64,000 bases of DNA, from assembly GCF_036321535.1 (NCBI RefSeq), contig NC_087436.1, positions 77,874,001 to 77,938,000 on the forward strand, read 5' to 3'. This DNA is from Camelus dromedarius. Taxonomy: Eukaryota. Both the position numbers and the translations under genes were made by a program. Under the pieces are notes generated by a model. It was not told where the DNA came from. It searched no databases and saw only the letters and a program-made list of their open reading frames with translations. Each line of letters starts with the position of its first letter. Position 1 is the stretch's first letter. Positions 1 through 12,786 of this stretch are shown piece after piece.

Positions 1-342
1 AGGCATGAAAGGCATTACCTCACTCTCTCCAAGAGTTCCAAAAGGAATGTGGCAAGAGAATCCAGCAGACGATGAAGAAAGAAGACTTATCTTTTCTACT
101 GATCTATTTTACTTATCCACTTTTGAATCTTAAGCAAATGAGAGCAGATGAATGGGGACTTTCCCCAACTCAATTTTATAAAAATTTTTTAAGCTCATAC
201 AACATACACAGTATTGGTGAGTATGTAAAAAGATCATGAGACGTTGCTTTCAAAGAGATTACAGCACAATAGGAGAGAGAAGACAGGTGTATGCATATAA
301 TAATTCTAAGAAGTCCATGGGAGTGCACAACAAGGGGAGTAC

Positions 343-897
343 GGAAGGGTGGTGGAACATGCTACCCCCAAAAGATGCCGCTTTGGTATGTTGATGACTT
401 TGAGCTAAAGGCACTTGAAAAACAGCAAATGCAGGGAGAGGCTTTCTCTGAACTTCCCTTGTCTGCCTAAACACAGATCCTCCAAAAGACACTCAGTTGT
501 CACAGATCCCTGCTGGGGAGTCTCATCGACCAGGGAAGACTGACTCTCACCCCGGGAGCGGAGACCGGAAGTGACACCACAGCCAGACAAATGTCACAGC
601 CATCACACTCGCATCTGTCCCTCTAGGAGCCCATTCATTTTACCTAAAAATCATGTATTCTCCCCTACGAGGCCTACATTCTCCCTCTGCTTCCCCTACT
701 AAGATAGTGTTTAATCCTAAATTCTAAGCCACCTTGGGGATTTGCTCATGTTCCTCTGGGCATCCCATCATGTATACATGAGGTGTGTATGTTAGTAAAC
801 TCCTGCTCATTTTTCTCTTGTTAACCTGTCTTTTATTACAGGGGTCTCAACCAAGAACTCAGAAGGGTAGAGGGAAAATCATTTTCCCTCCCCTACT
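343..897 (+). mobile_element. Solo ERV1 LTR, MER34/MER39-like
   Basis: Begins ggaagggtggtggaacatgctacccccaaaagatgcc and ends agaagggtagagggaaaatcattttccctcccctact, like recalled MER34-family ends. 4-bp TSD GTAC at 339-342 and 898-901. Confidence 0.8.
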
Positions 898-1802
898 GTA
901 CCGAAGTCTGCAGTAGCACAAAGCCGAGAGCCAGCAGGGTGAGGGCCTGAGGGAGTTTAAAGCCAAACATAGCCTTTAAGCTGGAGGTTTAACACAGGTA
1001 GTTTCTGAGGTAGGAATGGGAGGGGAAAGAGCATGAGAAACAGAACTGAGCTCAGAATACCCTGCTCCTTCTCCCTGGAACACCCTCTCTCGTCCCCTTT
1101 CCCATCCTAACCAGCTCCTACTTTAAGACTTGGCTCACATGTCTCCTTCAGAAAACATTTTATGACCAATTCCATCCACCTAAGTCCAGCTGAGGTACTC
1201 AGCTCTGTGCTTCTAACCAAAACAGCATTTATCCATCACATTACAATGGCTGTTGAATAGTCTGAGACCCCCATCAGACCAACACTTCTTAACATACTGA
1301 TGTGGGTTAATCACTTCTCAGGTGTGATGCCAGTTTGTTACTGACAATCACTAAAATTCCAAACTTTACCCTTTTTTCCAACATTTTAGAGAATACTTCA
1401 TGATCCCCACGATACCTTCCTTGTCACGTACGTTACGCCATGTTTACTTGGCTGGGAGAAATAATGTACCTGCCAGAGAATTTCGGCCATTGTTGTGAAC
1501 TTCCAAGCCCCCATTTAAGCAACGGTCCTGATGTCGTGGAGCTTGGTGTGTCACACAATCTATCTGACTTCAGTGATGCTGTGACATTGACATCATGGCA
1601 GGCAAGACGCTTTTTAGTGGCCTAGAAAATCGACCTATTCATGCTGGAATTTGGATAGTGATGTTCAAAATATTAGCAACCCACAGGGTGAGGGCAGTGG
1701 CCAGTCAACACACACCGGTACTGCAGAGCGTGGTCCTGGGGACTCTTCCCCCTCCTCCCCGACAAATGACGAACTTCATTTATTAGAATGAGTAGAAGTC
1801 TG

Positions 1803-1958
1803 AACAAACTGACAGTAACCAAAGGGGAAGGAGGTGGGGAGAGAGAAATTAGGAGTTTGGGATTAGCAGATACAAACTATTATATATAAAATAGATAAAC
1901 AACAAGGTCCTATTGTATAGCACAGGGACCTATATTCAATATCCTGCAATAACCATAA

Positions 1959-2023
<65 letters not shown>

Positions 2024-2092
2024 GAATCACTATGCTGTGCATCAGAAACTAACACCACATTGTAAATCAACTATACTTCAATAAAAAAAAAT
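1803..2092 (+). mobile_element. 5'-truncated L1 3' UTR (cetartiodactyl type) with an internal (GT)n(TA)n microsatellite
   Basis: Ends gtaaatcaactatacttcaataaaaaaaaa. 17-bp TSD gaat(g/a)agtagaagtctg at 1786-1802 and 2093-2109. Confidence 0.9.
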
Positions 2093-2679
2093 GAATAAGT
2101 AGAAGTCTGGACAATCTCAGGAAAGAACCCAGAATAACCAGGGATGCAGGCGATATTTGAAAAAAGAGAACACTCAAATTTCATGGGTGTTGAGACCCTG
2201 GAGAGGATGGGGCTGTATTCCATGAGAAAAATGTAGCTCATAAGGTATTTCTAGCTGTTCCAAGAGAAAGGTTTCTCTTGCAAGTAAGACGGGAAAACAC
2301 TGTACAAATTATATTCCTCTTGTATTCCACAATCCATTTGTGAATTATACGTCCTGGAGTAAAGAAAACTCTTGAGCTGTGTTTAGCCCAAGTGTTTAAC
2401 AAACTAACTTCCCCGAGGGAATCCCTTGACCATGAAATGATTTCACTTTTGAAAGACACTAAGAGTCTATGCAATAGCATTTGGGAAATAGCATTCAAAA
2501 TATTCTCTCCACATTTAGATAAACTCAGGGTGCTTAAGTTCTCATAGACAGCTCACTACTGACTTATACCAAGGCCTGATTTGTCCTGCTGCCATCATTT
2601 ATCACATATTTTATTCCACAGGCTCAGGAGTCTTGGCCACTTGCTTGCTTGTGTCCAACACCCAGGAAAGTCCTCAAAC

Positions 2680-2871
2680 ATTAACCCCCAGAAAGTTCGT
2701 ATCTTCGGTTTTGTGGACTGTCATGCCTTCCCAACCCTGCTGTTATAGCTTGAAAGCAGCCAACAGACACTCTGCATATGAATGAGCTTGGCTGTGTTCC
2801 AGTAAAACTTTATTTACAAAAATAAGCCAAAGGCCAGATTTGTCCTGCGGTCTGCAGTTTGCCAAGCCCTG
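2680..2871. mobile_element. hAT-Charlie MITE, MER58A-like
   Basis: Contains ggctgtgttccagtaaaactttatttacaaaaa...cagtttgccaagccctg, matching the recalled MER58A 3' half. Confidence 0.7.
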
Positions 2872-5814
2872 ATCTAGGCTGAAAAAAATAGTAGCCTCCT
2901 CAGCCTCCCATCTTTGGGCCTGAGAAAGGTCTTTGCTCCATTTGTATCCTAGATCTCAGAGATAAGCTAACTTAAGCATTATAAATTAATTGAGATAAAT
3001 TAACTGAACAAGGCCTTGTTACTATGCAAATCTACAAGGAGAAATGAAGGTGGGCTGTAGAGGGCAGGAAAATTCCGAGTGGCGACACAAACCTTGCACC
3101 AGAGAGCAGACTAGGAAAAACCTTTCCCCGCGCTTCCCGAGATATTTAACGTCAGCCTCACTTCGGCTACTTCCATGAAACATTTGGAGACTAAAAGCCT
3201 AATGACAATTCTTTGGCTGAGACTCAAGTAGCTGCCACTTCAGTGACCCTGCTGTTTGCTACCATTTTTATTTGATAAGCAGAACGTTCTACTTGGGCCT
3301 AGATTTGAGGCACGATCATCAGTGATTCATGGTGTAGAGGCAAGAGGGCCCCATCTCCAGGCTGGCCTGTGTTCGGGCTTCTTTGGCAGAGGCATTGTAA
3401 ATGTTTTCAATTAGGGGGAAAACAAAACCTCCAGAGAGTATGGCTTTAACCCAAATAAAACCTCCCCTTGAATATAATTTCTCTCTCTCTCTCTCTCTCA
3501 ATCTGTAGATCTGTATGTGTGTGTGGGTGTGCATGTGTGTGCAAAATGGTTGAGCCAGCTGCATTGCACAGGTGGTATCCTAGGCAGTAAATAATACGGC
3601 TTTTATAGATGGCCTGAGACACAGAGTCTCCAAACAATTAATTTTACCACTACACGTTTGACCTAAGAGCACTTTTTATCACAGCAGGAATTCCTTATCA
3701 AATTCTCAGGTGCAGGTGCCCCATAAACACTTTGGAGGCATATGGACCTTGTGGCTGAGAAGGCTAGTAACTGGAGAAGGGAGGAAGGGGTGGCCTGGGA
3801 AGAAAGAGAAACATAAAACACTGACCCCAGCTGAAGAAGGCAAACCTGAGTAGTCAAGCTTGCCCTTCTGTGAAGGTTTGTGTAAACCTCACCCGGTCAC
3901 AGTGTTGGAAAATTTGAAAAATTTAGAAGTCAGCCATCATGGGGGGAGATTTGCTTTGTTGTCAGAAGGCATGCAGAATCATATAACTGCATGTAACTAT
4001 GTTTATATTTCAAAAGAATTGACAAAAATTACCACGTGGAGGACAGGGAAGTCATTCCGCTTGCAGATCAGGGCTAGGGAGTGTTCACCAACAAAGGTAA
4101 CCAATGACAACATTTCATAAGAAAAAAATCTTATGACTAAAAAATATATATGTATTTTAAAATATCTTTAAATATTTATACATTTAAAGAAACAAAGATG
4201 TCCATCTGTCTCTGATACTAGTGACAATTAGTTTTATTTATTCACAAATTAATGTATTTTATCTGCTGAAAATGCAGTCCAGTTTTCTCTACTTGCATTA
4301 GCCAAAGATTTGCTCAACCCGGACACAAAATCGGTAAATAAGGGATTCCACTAGAATTTATATTTCAGGGTGTTTTGTTGCTTGTTAGTTTGCTTTTCCA
4401 TTCAGTGGCTCCTGGAGCATGACTTTTTTTGTTGTTAAAAACCGAAAACAAGGAGGAGAAAAAACTATTACAATTATTTTCGAGACTCATCCAAATCCTG
4501 GCACTTTTCCAAGTTCAACAAACGTTTTTGATGGGCTAACAGCCCCAAAAGACAGTGAGAAGAACAAATCACGACAGGGAAAGTGAAGGTGCACTTATCC
4601 ACTGAGTGTCTGTGGTCTGGGAGCCTCTTCTGAGACAGAGATCCGTATTTTCTGGGAGAGAGGAGAGAGCTGGAGGGACAGAAAAAAGCATTAAATGAGG
4701 AAACCTGACATAACTACTTTTCTGAATCTGAGCCCATATGTAAGTTTCATGTAAAATCATAAATTTATAGATTTAAAAATTCCTTCTCTGCTTAAAAATG
4801 GTAAAGAGATTATGTTATATGCCTTTAACTCTCTTACTTAAAATCCTCCCTTTTTATTATATCTTTTATATCCCCTATGTCATTGCGAATAAAACGGTTT
4901 CCATTTCTTCCTGACTGGAGGATCTTGACTTTTGATGACTGAGGACCTGATCTCAGGGGAAGAATTAAGTGGTTGACATGGGACACACACATCATGCACA
5001 CATAACTAATCAGAAATAATTAGGGGCACAAAATCCCAAAGGCAGCCTTTAACCCATGTCTCTTTCTAGAAAAAGTTTAATTTTTCTTCAGAGTCTGAAA
5101 TGCCTATTTCAAGCATGTACTATTTCAATATTTTCCTGAAAAGTCTGAAATGTTTGGCACCCTGTAAGCCTTCCAATGATTCCTTCTCTTTTGAAGGGCA
5201 ATGCATAACAGACATTCTCTTTGTAAGGAATAACTGCCAAAAAGATAAAAATGACGTAGTATTTTTCCTTGGATTTAATTGGCACTTGAGCATCTGCCTT
5301 TTTCCCACAAATAATGTAGAATATATATTTAAGAGGGCCATAAATAGGAGAATCTTCCAATTTATTTGATCAGAAGCCAAAAATACTTGCGTGTCTGCCA
5401 TGTGAGTGGAGGTAACTGAACACACCAGATACAGATTTACAACTCAACTCTACAGATGTTAGTTGGAGAAATAAACTGCTCTCCATTGAACTATGAAGTC
5501 ATGAGCACACCTCATAAATTTTTTTAATTAAAAAAAAAATAAGGGTGAGACTACAACTCTGTGTCCATCATACTTGAGAAACTGGGAAACAGAAATAGGT
5601 GGAGGACCTCTCCTGAGGCAGAAGGCACATTCCTTTAGCTTGGCTATGCTCCCCAGACTTGAGGAAGCCACAAAGCCTTCTCTTCTCCTAGTTGCCCTCT
5701 TTATCTTCCTGTCTGCTTGAAGAACTTTCCCAGGTCCCCCTGTGTTTCTGCCTTTTCCCCACAATGTTTCTTCTACCTCCTTGATACTCAGAAAGATTTC
5801 CCTTAGGTGTCCCA

Positions 5815-5990
5815 GGAGTGCGCTGGAACTGACTCCCTCCTGCTTACGTGAGTTTCTTCCCAACTCCACTTCGGAGCTCGAAATCGGTCATGGTGGGGGT
5901 ATTCACACCATGGAAACTGGCAAACGTTGCAGATCAGAGCTTTTTCCCTTCCCAGCATTTCTGAAAGGACTGCAGTACTGGTCCCAGCAC
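5815..5990. mobile_element. hAT MITE, MER63-like
   Basis: Contains gtgggggtattcacaccatggaaactggcaaacgttgcagatcagagcttttt, resembling MER63A. Confidence 0.55.
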
Positions 5991-7062
5991 CTTCCTCCAA
6001 GCTGCTGTCACAGCTGAGGACACGCACGCTCAGGCTGGCTGAGCTCCTAGCCTGGCTGACCACGCCCCCGCTTCAGAGACGGTATTCAGAGATCTGGCAG
6101 AGGTGGGGGGGGGGGGGCTGTGGAGTGCATCTTAGAGTCAATGAAATATGACCTTGAGGCTCACAGGTTCAGACACCAGATCTAGGGCTGAGGCCCAGAA
6201 GAGATGGCATCCTGCAGGGTCTTTGCTGGTCTTTAGGTCCAACTAAATCTGACTATATGCCAGAATCACCTGTGAGGGATTAAATGATATATTCTGAACT
6301 AAAAAATTAATTCACCCACACCAATTAAATCAGAATTTCTGAATTAAGAAAACCTCTCCAAACAGTTATAATGTTCATCTATTTTTGAGAAGGAGTGAGC
6401 TACATCTTCCAAAAACCCAGTCTTTACATTTTCTCATTATAGATTTTATTATTTATACTTTACAAAAATGATCTCTGTATTATGTGAACTCTCTAAGGTT
6501 AATTTGCCAAGAAGTTTTTAGGGCAGAAATAGAGTGCAGCTGCTTTTTCTTTTTTTATATACTTTTTTCCCCCTTAGGTTTAAACTCTTATCTCATAATT
6601 CATACATTTGGTTCATACTGGTGTTTCTTCTTCACTAGTGTAGATCTAGTTAGTGCAAGTTTCTAAAACTAATGAATAATTCCTCCTCCTTTAAATGCTA
6701 GTTTCTTTATAATTTATTTTAAATATTTGAAAAACACATAAATATTATTTTTTTAACTTCCCATAAAATAGTTATGGATTTATAAACTAATGGCATATAA
6801 ATATCATAAAAGCATTTCATCCTGACACCAAATTTCCTCCTAGTATAGAGACAATAACACAGTTGATTGAAGAAACAAATTAGCTAACAATTAACATCCG
6901 CTAATCACCCTGGGAATACTTAGTTTTATTAGTCCCAGAAGTTCTTAAACCACAGCCCTTCCCCAAACTGATTTTCCCTTTCACTTTCCCCTCCTTTCTC
7001 TTTAACAGAATTTTAATTGCTGTTCAAGTATCCACCCCACTTCTAGCCCCAGAGGGAGACTC

Positions 7063-7373
7063 TTTTTTTCAATTGAAGTATAGTCAGTTTACAATGTTGC
7101 ATTAATTTCTGGTGTACAGCATAGTGATTCAGTTATACATATACACACACATATACATATATATTCTTTTTTAATATTCTTTTTCATTGTAGGCTACAAC
7201 GAGATATTGAAAATAGTTCCTTGTGCTCTACAGTAGGACCTTGTTGTTTATTCATTTCATATATAGTAGTTAGTATCTGCAAATCCCAAAGTCCCAATTT
7301 ATCCCTCCGCCTCCACCCCTTCCCCGCGGATAGCCGTAAGTTTGTTTTCTGTATCTGTGAGTCCATCTCTGTT
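7063..7373 (-). mobile_element. 5'-truncated L1 3' UTR
   Basis: Reverse complement of the same L1 3' end. Perfect 14-bp TSD ccagagggagactc at 7049-7062 and 7374-7387. Confidence 0.9.
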
Positions 7374-7429
7374 CCAGAGGGAGACTCAAGATTACTCTCT
7401 GTCAACTAATATATTCTCCAGCTACTGTT

Positions 7430-7750
7430 ATTATTCCAGGGATGGACACAGGGGCCTAATCAGACTACAGGAAAGGACTCATACACCACCTTTGAAGGTA
7501 TACAGCGTCTCATCTCTCTCTCCCGCTGGGTGTGGTAAGGATGCAGGTAGCCCTGACTGCCATTGGCCACCATCTGAGAACTCGAGGAAAACCAACTTGA
7601 GAATGGAATGAGCACTGAGCAGAGCAGAGGGAAGGAAGGAACCCAGGCCCATGAAGGCACTGTTGACTTCAAATTATGAGAGTTAATACATTTCCTCTTT
7701 AAGCCAGTTTGAGTTGGGTTTCCTTGACAGCTAAAAACCTCAGACTACAC
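7430..7750 (+). mobile_element. Old MaLR LTR fragment (MLT1-like)
   Basis: 3' end aatacatttcctctttaagccagtttgagttgggtttc...actaca is typical of MLT1 LTR ends. Confidence 0.55.
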
Positions 7751-8849
7751 CTCCTTCTTTGCATCATCAGATATCTGGGTTCTAGCTCTGTTTGAATGCT
7801 GGTGGGCTAGGCTGAGATAGAATGAAACTTTTACTGGTTGGTATCTGACCGCTTGTCAAGTTCTCTCTTGTCGAAAAAGCTTGTGCAAACCTCCTGCTCC
7901 TCCAAGGGACAAAGGAGACATCCAGGATGGTGAGCCCTGGACTAGGGGTCAACAGTCCTCAAACATTGGCTGTTCCTTAACCAACCTGGCTCTCAGAGAC
8001 AAAGCGTGTAGACTGATTGGGGTGCAGAAGGAATGAGAAAGCAGGACAACAGAACTGAAGTAAATTACTTACAAGCTCACTTCTTGTTCTGCTATCTCTC
8101 CCTCCTCTGAATTCATAGACTGTATTGTCTTTTTAGTCATTTTCCACTTAACCTATGATTTGCATATTCATAGCTCTTAGTGCACAGAAAGACAATCACT
8201 CATTGACTGGATGGATGATTGATCTGTCTCCTTCTCATAAGAAAACTCCTTTTAAGTTATTTCTTTTACTTAATCTCTTATTGGCAGTTTATTTTTGTTC
8301 TTTTAGATTGTGGCGTTTACCTAAGAAGAAAAACTTTTTAAATGGGTTATTTTGTTATTTAAAGACAACAAGGTTCTCTGTCTCAAAAAGCAGAGAAGAA
8401 TGTGGGTGTGAGACTGAGCCCCGTGTGGCCCTGGCCTGGCTGTGTGGTCCTTTCCCTTCTGTCACTGAGCCTGGAGCTGGAAGTTTGCTTTCCAGCAAGC
8501 CTGGGAGCCTGCACATCCTTGGCCACACAAAGCCCAACCTTACCTGGCCATTGTGCCCTGAGGTTCCCCCTGCTTTCAGTTTAGAGCTTCACTTGTCTGC
8601 CTAAAAAGCAAACCTATTAAATCCTGATAACTCACGGGCCATTAGCCACCTCATTTAGCGAAGAAAATGACAGCTCCTCATTACTCTAGGTTGATCCTAA
8701 ACCCGTCTAGAATCTTGTATTAAATTTCTGCCACTTCACAAAGCTTGCTGAATGTGTCCAGTAAAAAACCAGGATTCAATTAAATTCAACAATAATTATT
8801 TAGATTTCAGACACTCTATTAGGTACAAAATAAATAAATAATATTTCCA

Positions 8850-9060
8850 GTTAGGAGCTTTTATTATGGGCCACTGTCTGTGCTAAGCATTTTACCTACG
8901 TCACCTCATCTAACTGTTACCATGCTTCTATGGTGATTTCTTATCCTCCGTTTACCATCAAGGAAGCTGAGGCGGGGACTAAGGGACTTTTCAAGTCCAC
9001 ACAGCTTCTAAAGGGCAGGGTTTCTACCTAGATCTGACCCTAAGCCTGTGCTCTTATCTC
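8850..9060 (-). mobile_element. MIR SINE remnant
   Basis: ccactgtctgtgctaagcattttacctacgtcacctcatctaa...aggaagctgaggc matches the MIR core in antisense. Confidence 0.6.
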
Positions 9061-9917
9061 CTCTGCCATGCCTCCTCCTTTCCTCAGGATGCTCATGTCT
9101 GGTAAATGGCTTGAGGAATCTGAAATTTGGACTCCTGAGGGCTGAGTTTGGATTCAGGCAACTCCCTGTGCTGCCCCGACCCAGGAAGCGGTCAGGAGTC
9201 AGATTACTGGGTCTCTGTGGCTCACCTGTTCCAACTGCTGATCCCAGCACTTACCTTCACTCATGTTTGACAGATTGCTCTTAAAAGATACCAGATTCCC
9301 AACAAGGGGCTCCTTTTGGCCCTAAACATCAAGACTCTGTTAGTATGGAGGCACCCACAATGGGGAGGGGGAGGGGGAGGAGAGAGGGGAAGGGGAAGGA
9401 GGAAGAGGCAGGTGGGGAGGAGGAGGGGGGAAGGAGGGCAGAGGTCACTGAGCAGCTCCCCTCTACAGCCCCACCTCCTTGGACCCAGCCCCTCAGCTCA
9501 ACCGAGGCAAGATTAGAATGTTTCTAAAAGAATTTCCCAACAAAACAACATTGGGAGAGCACCCAAAGATAAGAAAGGAAAACACCAAAGCAGAGAAATG
9601 GATGAGTTCACAGAGCATGGGTTTCCTGTGCTAATAAAGCCCCAGGTGGCTTTTAGCTCATGTCTCTCAAGCACACGTTCTGCTTCCTTCTTATCGGTGG
9701 TCAGGACCAGGGCTGGGCTGTGCTCTCACCCGTGGCCGTTTGCACTTGGCACCCATGCTGGGCGAGGTCTGGACGGGTTCTCAGACCGTCCACAGAGCCG
9801 CCTTCTCTGGCTTGGCTCCAGGTGTCAACGCTGAAGCAGGTGGGAGTTGGGGAGCGGCACATATGTGCAATGTGAGGCCTTCCCAGGAAGTGTGTTCAGG
9901 AAACGTGTTGACATAAC

Positions 9918-10563
9918 TATTGCTGGTGATTAGGTTCTTGTCTCATCGCAGAAAGAATTCAGAGGTGAGACATGGAGGTCAAGAAAGTAAAGTGGGGAAT
10001 TATTAAGGGATGGATGGTACACTGTCAAAGGGAGAGCGGGCAGGCTCAGGTGAGCAGCTGCGCTGAGTTTTTCTGGCGAGTTGGTTACATAAGGTGTAAA
10101 AATGAATGAGCAGAATATTCATTGGGGAGGGAAGGGCCTGGGATCATAGTCCCTGATTTTCATCCCAGCTCCACCTTCCCGAGGGGAGGAGGAATTTTTG
10201 TCCTTATTTATTCTAGATCAGAAGTGTCATGGCATCGGTGCGTGATCAGTACTTCTAATCTGCAAGGCTAATTTTATTGAAATGAGGGCATAATGAGCAA
10301 AAGGTTACACTTGGACACTAGAGATTCCTTCCTTTTCCCACCTTTGTTTGTCGGCCTCCAGGACACTGGTCACCCCCAAAATATGTGATTTCTTATCAGT
10401 CCTGAGGTTCCTGCTTTTCTCTGTCTGCTCAGGGGCCCCTGTTGTTTACATGATGTATGGTTTCCTACATGTGGCCTGTGCTCCTCCTTTTTTGCCCAAT
10501 CCCTGCCATTTGGTCTGCATCCTCCTTTCTCTGCTCATATCTAGCTATCTGCCTGCTCTAACA
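9918..10563 (-). mobile_element. Solo ERV LTR (ERV1-like, probably lineage-specific)
   Basis: Minus strand starts TGTTAGAGCAGGCAGATAGCTAG and ends ...gagacaagaacctaatcaccagca. Flanked by the direct repeat taac(tat) at 9914 and 10564. Degenerate TATA-like and poly(A)-like boxes are present. Confidence 0.8.
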
Positions 10564-12786
10564 TAACTATTCTTAAGTCAATGATAGAAAGATATTAGAG
10601 AAGTAAAAGTAAGAACTTTCAGGCAAAGGAAGCCCAAGCACAGTGTCCTTTTGACTTGCACCCCTCACCTCACCCCCAGTGCAGACCCCTCTGCAGGCTT
10701 GCTCCCCCTCACAAGAGGCCCTAGGCATCCAGAGCTCTGCCAGGATTACCTCCTGCACTTTCTGTCCGCCCACCTCCTGGCACGGTCTGTCCCCGTTTAT
10801 CTCCTGGATGAGAAAGGCACTTTTTGATCTAGCCTGCAATAATCCTGCGAGGCGTGTGAAGTCACCGTCTTCACTCTTTATCGTGCAGCTCTGCCCCCAG
10901 CCCCCTAGATTTGCTCATGAACCTTTCTTGCCCAGTCCTGCTCATTTGCCTAAAATCACGGGTCTGCACCGATAGCTAAGTCTACTTTCTGGGAAAGCTC
11001 AGATTCTTGATCTGTTCTGAGCGAGCATCCATTTCTAATCCAGCTAAGACCTGTGTTAGCTTCAGGAACATCAACTGGGGTGCAGCACATACCGCAAAGG
11101 CAAGAAGACCAGTTAGACGGCACCTCAACACTTCAGGGCAGGAAGCAGGGCAGAACCAGCACTGGCCCCCCAGAGATGGGAGGCAGCAGGCAGTATCATG
11201 GAGGATGAATTCATCCAACTCAGAGGACCAGACAAGCACTGACATAACTCATGCGGCACACTGAGAAGAGTGCCTGTTACAACAGAAGTGTGCAATAAAT
11301 GTCAGCTCTTATTTTAATTAGTTACATATACCGAAGTTTGCCTTTCAGGCTGCATAATGCTCTTATTATTGGTATTCATTATTCAGTCAGGGAATCGTGT
11401 CTTCATTTCCAGAAGAAACATGAAGTAATTTGCTGTAAAATGTTACAGTTCCAATCACCGCATTGACTTAGTATCCTTCCTACTGCAGATGATAAAATTA
11501 ATTCGTATTCAATGACAGATTAGAGAGCCCATTTGTTATCTTCGAGCAGAATTTGCAAAACCAAATTTGTTAAGACTGAGTCCAGGATGGTCCTGTTGGA
11601 ACTAACTTTCCACATTCCTGGATTAATATTTTACCCTAATCGGCATCTCTAGTCACCTCTGGCCAGTTATTCAGCTCCAGTCTTGATTATAACATGTGTT
11701 TAACCACTCCACCACACTCCTGGTTTTTTTCTCTGCCTGCTTTCATGAGTCCCTGTCATCCCCTCAGGCAGGTGACAGAACTAGCTATATTTTCTAGAGA
11801 GCTGAAAGGGAGCACATTGCCTCTGCCACATGCTGCTTGACTTCCAACAGCCTTTTCTTTTATCACCAAGAAAAACTAAAACTGTGGCCTTTGCCCCAGG
11901 AATGAGGAAAGGGTTTTTCCTGCATGTCTGCCTCCTCTCAGCTCCCGGCTCTGCTTTAGTCAATATTTACCTGTCAGCCCAAACCATGTTGATGTTGAGC
12001 CCAGAGGAATTAAATCGATCTGTTTTTCACCTACCTTGTTGGACCTTTTGTTAACTATAGCTTTTTGTGAGCTGAATATTTCTAAGTGACAGAGTAGAAA
12101 CTCTTTAGGCCACAGACAAAGGGACTGGATTCACCCTTAACTTAGGAGCTTAACAATTGTGATCCATTAGGCTGTTCTCATCTGTAGCTGCACTGATTCT
12201 GGAAACATTATCGGACCTACAGGATATTGAACCCATGCAATCAATAGCCATTATGAGATGATCCTTCTTTCCCTGAAAACAAATAGTGCTTAAAAACAAA
12301 CACATTTAGGCAACCATAAATGCTATGTAACCAAACAATTTTATTGATTTGGCTTGTGGGATTTCTTCTTGATCCTTCTCCTCCTCCTCTTCTTTGTCTT
12401 CTTTTTAGTTAAGATTCCACACATTTGGACTCTAGTACATTGCCTCAGTGATGCATTATAACTTTCAGGAATGAATACAATGATTTCTTAAATGTATATG
12501 GTGAGATTTTTAAATGTCAGTTATCCTGAGGCTTTATCTTTACTTGTCCTCTCTTCCTTGGGGGTCTGAGTGATTTTTTTTCCCAACTTAAGAGTAGTTT
12601 TCTATCCGCTTGCCCTCTGCCTCTCACTACACTCATATAGAGCTATTTGGAGAACAAAACAAACCAAAACTCACAATCTCTTTCCAGAACCTTCCCCTTT
12701 CAATGTTCTAGAGGGGCTCAAAAGAGGTTCCGTCCCATCAGTGAACAAGAATGGCACACACGCACATAAATAAACAAAATCAATTA

